Of a stretch of 64,000 nt of DNA, positions 56,462-64,000 are shown piece by piece. The notes below the pieces were generated by a model. The model saw nothing but the letters and a program-made list of their open reading frames with translations, searched no databases and was not told the DNA's origin. Each line of letters opens with the position of its first letter. Position 1 is the first letter of the stretch. The stretch is from the NCBI GenBank assembly GCA_963737655.1, contig CAVTTN010000002.1:2144001-2208000 (forward strand), given 5' to 3'. Source of the DNA: an uncultured Planctomycetota bacterium. GTDB lineage: Bacteria; Planctomycetota; Planctomycetia; Isosphaerales; Isosphaeraceae. The position numbers and the translations under genes are program-made.

Positions 56462-57909
56462 GCGATCCTCTAAAAGACGTGTGGGTGTCTGCATGCGTAA
56501 CGGCCGCGACGCTCCTCGGCTTCTTCGTCGCGTCCGAGCCGACCCGCCACCCGTTCGTGATCCCGGCGGCGGCCTGCGGGGCGATCGTGGGGATCGACGC
56601 CGTGAAATGGCTGCGCGGACGGCTCGACCCGTTCGATCCCCGGGGGATCGTCGGCCTCCTCGGCTGGCATTTCTTCTTCCTCGCGCCGATGCTTCACGTG
56701 GCGTGGGGCTACTGGATGCCCTACGTCCAGGCCCCGGCCGACTGGCGCGACTGGCTCGGCGCGATGGGGTGCCTGAATGTCCTGGGCTTGATCGTGTATC
56801 GGATCACGCTGGCCCGGATGCTCTCGCTCCCGGCGATCCTGGGCCGATCCGCCTGGCGGCTCGACCCGTCGCGGTTCCCGATCGTCCTGGGAATCGCGCT
56901 GATGGTCACCGCGATGGCCCAGGTCTGGGTCTATGCGTCGTACGGAGGGATCGGCGGCTTCGTGAGCGAGTACGAGGCCGACCAGGAACGGGCGTTCGGC
57001 GGGATGGGGCCGGTGTTCCTCGTCTCCGAAGCCTTCCCGATCCTCGCGGCGTTCGGCGCCGTGGTGATGCTCCGCGGGAGGCGGCCGTCGTGGATGCTGG
57101 TCGTCCTGGGGCTGGCGGGTTTTCTCGCCCTCAAGATGGTCTTCGGCGGACTTCGAGGGAGCCGGAGCAGCACGGTCTGGGCCCTGTTCTGGGCGGCCGG
57201 CGTGGTGCATTTCTCGGTCCGGCCGATCCCCCGGCGAATGATCGGCGTCGGCATCCTCTTCCTGTTGGGATTCCTGTACGCCTATGGATTTTACAAGAAT
57301 TTCGGGACGGCGGCGATCGAGGCCCTCGACGGCGACGAGGTGCGATCGGCGATGGCCGAGACGTCGAATCGCTCGATGGCCACGGCCGTCCTCGCGGACC
57401 TCGGCCGGGCGGACGTCCAGGCGTTCGTCCTTCATCGGGTGGCCGACCCGTCGAGCGGCGGCGATTGTCTCTATGCGAGAGGCGGGACGTATCTCGCGAC
57501 CTTCTGCCTGTTCATTCCCCGATCGATCTGGCCCGACCGGCCCGAAGGGAAGGTCCGAAGCGGGACCGAGGCCCTCTACGGGACGACCACGGCGGCGCTC
57601 GGGACGATGAGGGCGTCGCAGGTCTACGGCCTGGCGGGCGAGGCGATGCTCAATTTCGGCCCGGTCGCGGTGCCTCCGTCGTATGCGGTCCTGGGGATCG
57701 TCGTCGCGGGGGTCGTCCGGCTGGGAAAGGCCTGGGGCCCGGGCGATTCGAGGCGATGGATGCTGCCGTTCCTCGTCAATTTCGCGTTCGTGGTGCTGGT
57801 GAGCGACTCCGATAACTTGCTGTTCTTCCTGGTGAAGGATGGCGCGATCCCGGCGGCGGTCGTGACGCTGGGATCGAGGCGATCGCCCTCGAATCCGGAG
57901 GCACCGTGA
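56440..57909 (+). CDS. putative Wzy polymerase (polytopic membrane protein)
   Basis: About 11 TM segments, GSRS, IPRSIWPDRP and GEAMLNFG, located inside a Wzx/Wzc cluster. Confidence 0.65.
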   Translation: MRTVPGLSDPLKDVWVSACVTAATLLGFFVASEPTRHPFVIPAAACGAIVGIDAVKWLRGRLDPFDPRGIVGLLGWHFFFLAPMLHVAWGYWMPYVQAPADWRDWLGAMGCLNVLGLIVYRITLARMLSLPAILGRSAWRLDPSRFPIVLGIALMVTAMAQVWVYASYGGIGGFVSEYEADQERAFGGMGPVFLVSEAFPILAAFGAVVMLRGRRPSWMLVVLGLAGFLALKMVFGGLRGSRSSTVWALFWAAGVVHFSVRPIPRRMIGVGILFLLGFLYAYGFYKNFGTAAIEALDGDEVRSAMAETSNRSMATAVLADLGRADVQAFVLHRVADPSSGGDCLYARGGTYLATFCLFIPRSIWPDRPEGKVRSGTEALYGTTTAALGTMRASQVYGLAGEAMLNFGPVAVPPSYAVLGIVVAGVVRLGKAWGPGDSRRWMLPFLVNFAFVVLVSDSDNLLFFLVKDGAIPAAVVTLGSRRSPSNPEAP

Positions 57910-59138
57910 TGGACCTGGCCGTCCTCCTGGAGCAGCGGTTCGACCGGACGCCGGACGGCGCGATCTGGACCCAGTCGGCCTTCCCGTATCGCTTCTGGGC
58001 CGATCATCTCGGCGAGTTCGACGGCGTGAAGGTCGTGGCGAGGGTCGTCGATGTGGGCGAGCCCCGAGGCGGTTCGCGACGCTCCGACGGCCCCGGAGTG
58101 ACGTTCAGGCCGGTGCCCGATTACCGCGGGCCGATCGGGCATCTTCGGCGATTCGGGGCGATCCGAAGGGCGGTCCTCGGGGCGATCGGGCCTCGCGATG
58201 CGGTCTTATTGCGGGTCTGTTCGCCGCTTTCGATGCATGCGGATGCGATCTTCCGGCGATCGGGGCGGCCCTATGGGGTCTGGGTCGTGGCCGACCCGTT
58301 CGACGCCTTCGCGCCGGGTTCGATCCGCCTGCCGTTTCGCGAGGTCTTTCGTCGGCGGTTCACCGATCAGGTGAGGAGGCAGTGCGCGGGGGCGTCGGCG
58401 GCGGCTTACGTGACCGAATCGGCCCTCCAGGAGCGGTATCCGCCGGCTCCGGGGGTCGAGCCTTCAGGGGTTTCGGACATCGAATTGCCGGATTCGGCGT
58501 TCGTCGATCGGCCGAGGACGTTTCCGGACGGCAATCGCCGGTCGCTGGTGTTCGTGGGGACCCTGGCGAGGCTGTACAAGGCGCCGGACGTCCTGATCGA
58601 GGCCGTGGGCCTTGGGGTGAGGCGAGGCCTGGACCTTCGCCTGACCGTGATGGGCGACGGGGCGCATCGAGCCGAGCTCCGGAGGCGATCGGAGGCCCTC
58701 GGCCTGGCCGACCGCGTCGAGTTCCTCGGGCACGTGCCGGCGGGAGGGGCCGTGATCGCCGAGCTCGACCGCGCCGATCTGTTCGTCCTGCCGTCGCGCC
58801 AGGAAGGCCTGCCCCGGGCGATGGTCGAGGCGATGGCCCGGGCCCTGCCCTGCGTGGGATCGACGGTCGGCGGCATCCCCGAGCTTCTGGAAGCGGGAGA
58901 CCTCGTCCCTCCCGGAGATGCCGACGCCCTGGCGAGGAAGATCGGCGAAATCGCGGTCGATCCCGGCCGATTGGCGGCGATGTCGGCCCGAAATCGGAGT
59001 CGGGCCGGCGCGTTCCGTCGTGACCTACTGTTGGAGCGGCAGGCGGCGTTCCTCCGCGACCTCCGAGGGGCCACCGATCGGTGGCTCGGCATGGTCCGGC
59101 CCGTCGCCGCTGGCCTTTCGACGGGGGACGTCCGATGA
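57906..59138 (+). CDS. GT4 glycosyltransferase
   Basis: FVGTL..YKAPD and PSRQEGLPRAMVEAMA. Confidence 0.92.
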   Translation: MMDLAVLLEQRFDRTPDGAIWTQSAFPYRFWADHLGEFDGVKVVARVVDVGEPRGGSRRSDGPGVTFRPVPDYRGPIGHLRRFGAIRRAVLGAIGPRDAVLLRVCSPLSMHADAIFRRSGRPYGVWVVADPFDAFAPGSIRLPFREVFRRRFTDQVRRQCAGASAAAYVTESALQERYPPAPGVEPSGVSDIELPDSAFVDRPRTFPDGNRRSLVFVGTLARLYKAPDVLIEAVGLGVRRGLDLRLTVMGDGAHRAELRRRSEALGLADRVEFLGHVPAGGAVIAELDRADLFVLPSRQEGLPRAMVEAMARALPCVGSTVGGIPELLEAGDLVPPGDADALARKIGEIAVDPGRLAAMSARNRSRAGAFRRDLLLERQAAFLRDLRGATDRWLGMVRPVAAGLSTGDVR

Positions 59139-60373
59139 ACCGCATGCTCATGGCCACGACCGTTCCCGAGACCCTGAGGGCGTTCCTCCTGCCCTTCGCG
59201 GACCACTTCACTCGGCTCGGGTGGACCGTGGACGCGATGGCGCGGGGGGCGTCGTCGTCCGAGGAGTGCCGGAGGCATTTCGGGACGGTCCACGACGTGG
59301 ATTGGAGCCGCAATCCGCTCGATCCCCGCAACCTCTCGGCCGCGATCGACCGGGTCCGGCGAGTTGTGGAGGCGGGGGAGTATGACCTGGTTCATGTTCA
59401 TACGCCGGTCGCCGGGTTCGTGACGAGGATGGCGCTCCGCCACCTGCGAGACCTGGGCCGGCCGAAGGTCGTCTATTCGGCCCACGGGTTCCATTTCCAT
59501 CGGGGAGGCCACCCGATGACGAACCTGGCGTATCGGTGTCTCGAACGGATGGCCGGGCGGTGGACCGATGGGTTGATCGTCCTGAACGACGAGGATTTCG
59601 AGGCGGCCCGGCGGCTCAAGATCGTCCCCGAGGGCCGCTTGCACCTGGTCCCGGGCATCGGCGTGGACACGAAGGCGCTCCGTCCCGACTCGGTCTCGCC
59701 GGAAGAGGTCTCGGCGGTCCGATCCGAGCTGGGGCTGGCCGACGGCGACCCGTTGTTCCTCTGCGTGGCCGAGTTCATCGCGAGGAAGAGGCATGCGGAT
59801 TTGATCCGCGCGTTCGCCGCGTTCCCGAACCCGAGGGCGAGGCTCGCCCTGGCCGGGGATGGTCCCCTTCTGGGCTCGATGAAGGGTTTGGCGAGCCTCC
59901 TGGGCGTGGCCGATCGCGTCCACTTCCTCGGGTTCCGCCGCGAGATCCCGGCGTGGATCCGGGCGTCCCGGGCCGTGGTCCTCGTCTCGGATCGCGAGGG
60001 GCTGCCGAGGAGCGTGATGGAGGCGCAGAGCCTGGGCGTCCCGGTGATCGGCACGGAGGTCCGGGGGACTCGCGACTTGCTCGGCCTCGGCGGCGGCTTG
60101 CTCGTGCCGGTCGGCGACGAGACGGCGATCGTCCGGGCGATGGCCTACCTGGCCGACTTCCCGGGGGAAGCCAGGGCGCTGGGCGAACGAGGCCGGAGGG
60201 GCATGGTCGAGCACCACGACCTCGGCCCCATCCTCGAATCCCATCGCGAGATTTATGAACGGGCGCTCGACCCGTCATTCCGAGTGCCTCGATCGGCGAC
60301 GGCGGAGGTCCACCGCGTCGGGCGGAAGACGTGGCGGCCGTCGGGTCGGGCGGTCGCGGGGGGGACGCGATGA
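59135..60373 (+). CDS. GT4 glycosyltransferase (EpsD/PglA-like)
   Basis: HVHTPVAG, YSAHGFHF and SDREGLPRSVMEA. Confidence 0.92.
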   Translation: MNRMLMATTVPETLRAFLLPFADHFTRLGWTVDAMARGASSSEECRRHFGTVHDVDWSRNPLDPRNLSAAIDRVRRVVEAGEYDLVHVHTPVAGFVTRMALRHLRDLGRPKVVYSAHGFHFHRGGHPMTNLAYRCLERMAGRWTDGLIVLNDEDFEAARRLKIVPEGRLHLVPGIGVDTKALRPDSVSPEEVSAVRSELGLADGDPLFLCVAEFIARKRHADLIRAFAAFPNPRARLALAGDGPLLGSMKGLASLLGVADRVHFLGFRREIPAWIRASRAVVLVSDREGLPRSVMEAQSLGVPVIGTEVRGTRDLLGLGGGLLVPVGDETAIVRAMAYLADFPGEARALGERGRRGMVEHHDLGPILESHREIYERALDPSFRVPRSATAEVHRVGRKTWRPSGRAVAGGTR

Positions 60374-60954
60374 AACGGACGATCGACATCACGGTGGCGG
60401 CCCTGGGGCTGGTCGTCCTGGCCCCGGTGATGGCCGGGGTGGCGGCGGCCATCCTGGTGGCGATGGGCCGACCTGTCCTGTTCCGGCAAGAGCGCCCGGC
60501 TGGCGGGCCCGGCCGTTTTTCCTCGTGAAATTCCGGACGATGAGGCCCGGATCGGGCGACGACCGCGAGCGAATGACCCGGCTCGGCCGGTTCCTCCGAT
60601 CGACGAGCCTGGATGAGCTTCCCGCAACTCTGGAACGTCCTGAAGGGGGAGATGAGCCTGGTGGGCCCCCGGCCGTTGCTGATGGAATATCTCGAACTTT
60701 ACTCTCCGGAGCAGGCCAGGCGGCACCACGTCCGGCCGGGGATCACCGGCTGGGCGCAGGTCCACGGCCGGAACGCCGTCGAGTGGGCCGACCGCTTGAG
60801 GCTGGACGTGTGGTACGTCGATCACCGGTCGCTCGGCCTGGACCTGCGGATCCTCGGGAAGACCATCGCCAAGGTCATTCGTCGCGAGGGGATCTCGGCG
60901 GCCGGATCGGCGACGATGGCGAGGTTCCGGGGGACCGGGGCGAGGGTCGGATGA
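60370..60954 (+). CDS. PglC/EpsL-type phosphoglycosyl (priming) transferase (two compensating frameshifts near 60497 and 60622)
   Basis: KRTIDI, KFRTM, SLDELPQ (after correction), GEMSLVGPRP and RPGITGWAQV. Confidence 0.9.
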
Positions 60955-61604
60955 GGCCCATCTGGATCGCCGGCGCGGGGGGGCACGCGAAGGTCGTCCT
61001 CGACGCGATCCGCCGGGCCCGTCGCTGGCGGGTCGGCGGCCTGCTCGACGACGATCCGGCTCGCATCGGCTCCGAAGTCCTCGGCGCATCGGTTTTCGGC
61101 GCGATCGCGGCCGAGGCGATCGCTCGCCATCGCGTGGCTCGCGTGTTCCTCGCGGTCGGCGACAACCGGACGAGGGCCGAGCTGGCCCGGAGGCTCGGCG
61201 ATTCGGTGGGTTGGCCGGAGATCGTCCACCCGAGGGCCTATGTCGGCGAATCGGCGGCGATCGGCGAGGGTTCGCTGGTGGTCGTCGGCGGGATCGTCCA
61301 GCCCGGGGCGAGGATCGGACGATTTGCGATCGTGAACACCTCGGCGAGCGTGGATCACGACGCGACGGTCGGCGACTTCGCCCACGTCGCCCCCGGCGCG
61401 AGGCTGGGCGGGGGAGTCCGCGTGGGAGAAGGGGCCCTGATCGGGATCGGGGCGGCGGTGTTGCCGGGGAGGAAGGTCGGCGCGTGGGCGACGGTCGGGG
61501 CCGGGGCGGTGGTCGTCCGCGACGTGCCCGACGCGACGACGGTGGCGGGCATCCCGGCGAGGCGGCTCCGGGGGGGCGGGGCCGTGGGTCAATTCCTCAG
61601 GTAG
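60951..61604 (+). CDS. PglD/NeuD/EpsM-type sugar acetyltransferase
   Basis: GAGGHAKVV, AVGDNRTR, hexapeptide repeats, VDHD and VAGIPAR. Confidence 0.92.
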   Translation: MRPIWIAGAGGHAKVVLDAIRRARRWRVGGLLDDDPARIGSEVLGASVFGAIAAEAIARHRVARVFLAVGDNRTRAELARRLGDSVGWPEIVHPRAYVGESAAIGEGSLVVVGGIVQPGARIGRFAIVNTSASVDHDATVGDFAHVAPGARLGGGVRVGEGALIGIGAAVLPGRKVGAWATVGAGAVVVRDVPDATTVAGIPARRLRGGGAVGQFLR

Positions 61605-63274
61605 ATCGGCACCTCGACATCGACCGTCTCGCGGTAGGCGCGGACGGATTCCTCGAACGGGTAGACGCGGAGCAGGTCCACCCCCTGGCGGCGGATCACG
61701 AACGAGGGGCGGCCGTGGGCTTCGAGCCACCAGTCGTAGGGGTAGTAGAGGCCCCGCCTCCTCTGGAGGACGTAATCCTCCTCGAAGGCGTCGAGGTCGG
61801 GGCCGAGGACCTTGACCGAGGTGGGGAGCTCGCCCCATTCGCGGAGGAAGCGGACGTTGATGAGATCGCTCGGGAACCGCAATTCCAGGTGGCGACGGGC
61901 GTTCTCGCGGCGGACCCACTCGAGGAACTCCGGGCCCATGGTGTCCCAGTAATACGTGATCTCGAAGCCGTGCCGCTCCGCCCCCTTCAAGCCGCCGATG
62001 GACGCATTGTAGTAGGAAAGCGTGTAGGGATAAAGCTGGACGATGCCGACCAGGCCCTCCAGCAAGGCGGCCCCGCCCACGACGGCCGCGATCACCCGGA
62101 ATCGGGTCCCGGCGAGCCTCTCGGCCAGCCTCCCGGCACCGATGCCGGCCAGGACGGCGAGGCTCAGGACGCTGGGGAGGAACATCCGCAGGCCGTCATG
62201 CCCGGGGGCGTTGGGCAGGGCGCGGACGACCATCAGCGTCAACCAACTGAACGCCCAGAGCGTCCCCTCGCGGTCGATCGGCCTCCTCGCGACGCTCGTC
62301 CCGATGCCGAAGAGGCCCAGCCCGAGGATTCCGAGGGGGACGGAGATGGCCGTCAAGACGATCGTGTTATGCCAGGGGAGCGAGAACGGATAGACCCGGC
62401 CGAGATAGAGGGTCGGGATCGGTTTGGTCAGGTCTCGGGTCAGGTTCGAGGCGAGGAAGCGGCGCGGGCCCTCGATCGGCGCGCCCCACCACGGGGGATG
62501 GATCGCGTAGAGCGTCAGCAACGCGACGGCCGCCCCGACGGCCAGGGCGAAGGTTCCCGGCGTGGGGCCGGTCGCTCGGGCGGCCCCGGGCAGGATCCGA
62601 ATCCTCGGGGCCCACTCGAACAGGGCGACCCAGAGCAGGGGAGCGGCCGGGGCGAAGAGGCCGGTGAACTTCGTCCCGGCGGCCAGTCCGAGCAGGACGC
62701 CCAACGGCAGGGCCCACCTCGGGTCCTCCACCGCCTTGAGGAAGGCGATCTGGGCGAGGAGCCAGAGGCAGGACATCGGCATGTCGTAATGAGCATAATG
62801 CGCCAGGGAGAACGCCTGGGGGATCGCCAGGATCGCCAGGGACCCGACCAGGCCGGCGAGCTTGCCCCGGCGGACGGCCAGGTGGTCGAACACGACCGCC
62901 ACGGTCAGCGCCGTCAGGAGCATCGGCCCGAAGCGATAGGCCGTCAGGGGGGCGAGGACGTGACGGGAGGCCGCCCATCCGGCCAGTCCCAGGAGGGCAT
63001 AGAACGACGGGTGTCCGTCCGGTTCCTCCCGGCTGAAGGGCCATCCCCGGGCCAGGGCACGTGGTGAAAATGCATCGGCCCTGCCGCCGGGCTGGCTCGA
63101 GTCGAAGGCCCGGACGAACCAGGAGGCGAGCTCTCGCTCGCGGCGGACGGTATGCCCCTCGTCCCAGGTGATCGCGTAGTCCGGGGCCGTGGCGAGCAAG
63201 GCCCCGAGGACCGCCAGGGTCAGGGCGGAGGCCACCGCGAGCCGGGCCCTGAGCTTCGTCCGTGTCACATCCAT
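61589..63274 (-). CDS. ArnT/PMT-like (GT-C) glycosyltransferase
   Basis: ITWDE acidic loop motif after TM1, HPSFY, YDMP, LAAGTKF and many TM segments. Confidence 0.8.
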   Translation of the reverse strand: MDVTRTKLRARLAVASALTLAVLGALLATAPDYAITWDEGHTVRRERELASWFVRAFDSSQPGGRADAFSPRALARGWPFSREEPDGHPSFYALLGLAGWAASRHVLAPLTAYRFGPMLLTALTVAVVFDHLAVRRGKLAGLVGSLAILAIPQAFSLAHYAHYDMPMSCLWLLAQIAFLKAVEDPRWALPLGVLLGLAAGTKFTGLFAPAAPLLWVALFEWAPRIRILPGAARATGPTPGTFALAVGAAVALLTLYAIHPPWWGAPIEGPRRFLASNLTRDLTKPIPTLYLGRVYPFSLPWHNTIVLTAISVPLGILGLGLFGIGTSVARRPIDREGTLWAFSWLTLMVVRALPNAPGHDGLRMFLPSVLSLAVLAGIGAGRLAERLAGTRFRVIAAVVGGAALLEGLVGIVQLYPYTLSYYNASIGGLKGAERHGFEITYYWDTMGPEFLEWVRRENARRHLELRFPSDLINVRFLREWGELPTSVKVLGPDLDAFEEDYVLQRRRGLYYPYDWWLEAHGRPSFVIRRQGVDLLRVYPFEESVRAYRETVDVEVPIYLRN

Positions 63275-63890
63275 GCCGTTCTCGCGTTCCTCCTGGGGCC
63301 GGATCGTCGGTCGTCTGAAAATAATCCTAGACATCCAATTCCCGGGGAGAAGAGTCGCCGGATCGCCGGTCCGTCGGATTTGCGGGACAGTCCCGGCCCG
63401 AACGGCCGAAAATTCCGGAAAAATCGGTCCCGATTGCCGAGGTTTTTTCGTGGAACGGCACGGCCCGATGGGGTAGGTTTGGCTCTGCGAAGTCCCTCAC
63501 GCGGTTTCCATCCGCTCGCCGTCCGGGCCGTTCCTCGCGATCGTGAATTTTTCCGGTGGGAACCCCTGGACAGGCGGAGAACAGACCTCTATAGTGCGGG
63601 ATTAGCGTCTTCGGCGATTTCTTCGCCTCGCCTTGTCCGTCCGAACGCAGAGAATTCCAGGGGAACGGCCCGAGATTCGGGGCTGGTGTCCCACGCCCGG
63701 TCGTGCGGGCGAGAGGCGGGAAGGTCGCATCCCCGGGGCATCCCGGCGTGATGCGAAACAGTCTTGAGCACATGCATTGCCGATATCACCGGGTCGTGCC
63801 GGTGATCCGGTCGAGGTGCGTCGTCGGCGATCGATCGATTTCCGGTGGCCATCGTCGATGAGTATTCATCTTCCGATCCAGGGGCCTCAC

Positions 63891-64000
63891 ATGAAGACGA
63901 TGACCAAGCTCGCGACCCTCTGCGCCGTCGGCCTGGGAGTGGCCGTCGGCCTGGCTGGCTGCGCCGAGGACAACGAGAAGGAGATGAAGAAGGGCGTGGC
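63891..64000 (+). CDS. lipoprotein, 5' part only
   Basis: MKTMTKLATLCAVGLGVAVGLAGC lipobox. Runs off the window end. Confidence 0.75.
   Translation, partial: MKTMTKLATLCAVGLGVAVGLAGCAEDNEKEMKKGV

Overview
High-GC bacterial DNA that looks like Planctomycetota, probably Isosphaeraceae-like. This is inferred from the DUF1549/DUF1553 and DUF1501 genes, the PEP-CTERM protein and the lipoprotein style. The window holds housekeeping and accessory genes (Ndh, family-4 UDG, PfkB kinase, Ser/Thr kinase, RlmI-type methyltransferase, ABC-F, tRNA-Ile(GAT)). It also has an apparently complete Tad/Flp pilus locus split into two convergent operons (~14.5-27.9 kb) and a ~17 kb Wzx/Wzy polysaccharide cluster with a PglF/E/D/C-like (bacillosamine-type) enzyme set, with GT-C-fold membrane proteins on either side. 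About eleven small frameshifts break otherwise intact genes and are most likely long-read assembly errors. The most unusual signals are non-coding. (1) Long palindromic elements built from short 8-9-nt-period repeats: one nested 263-bp copy is intergenic and one sits in frame inside an O-antigen-ligase-like gene. (2) A REPIN-like element. (3) Back-to-back consensus sigma-54 promoters. (4) Three small ORFs below the ORF-track cutoff. All product calls come from motif recognition by eye; no database search was run.
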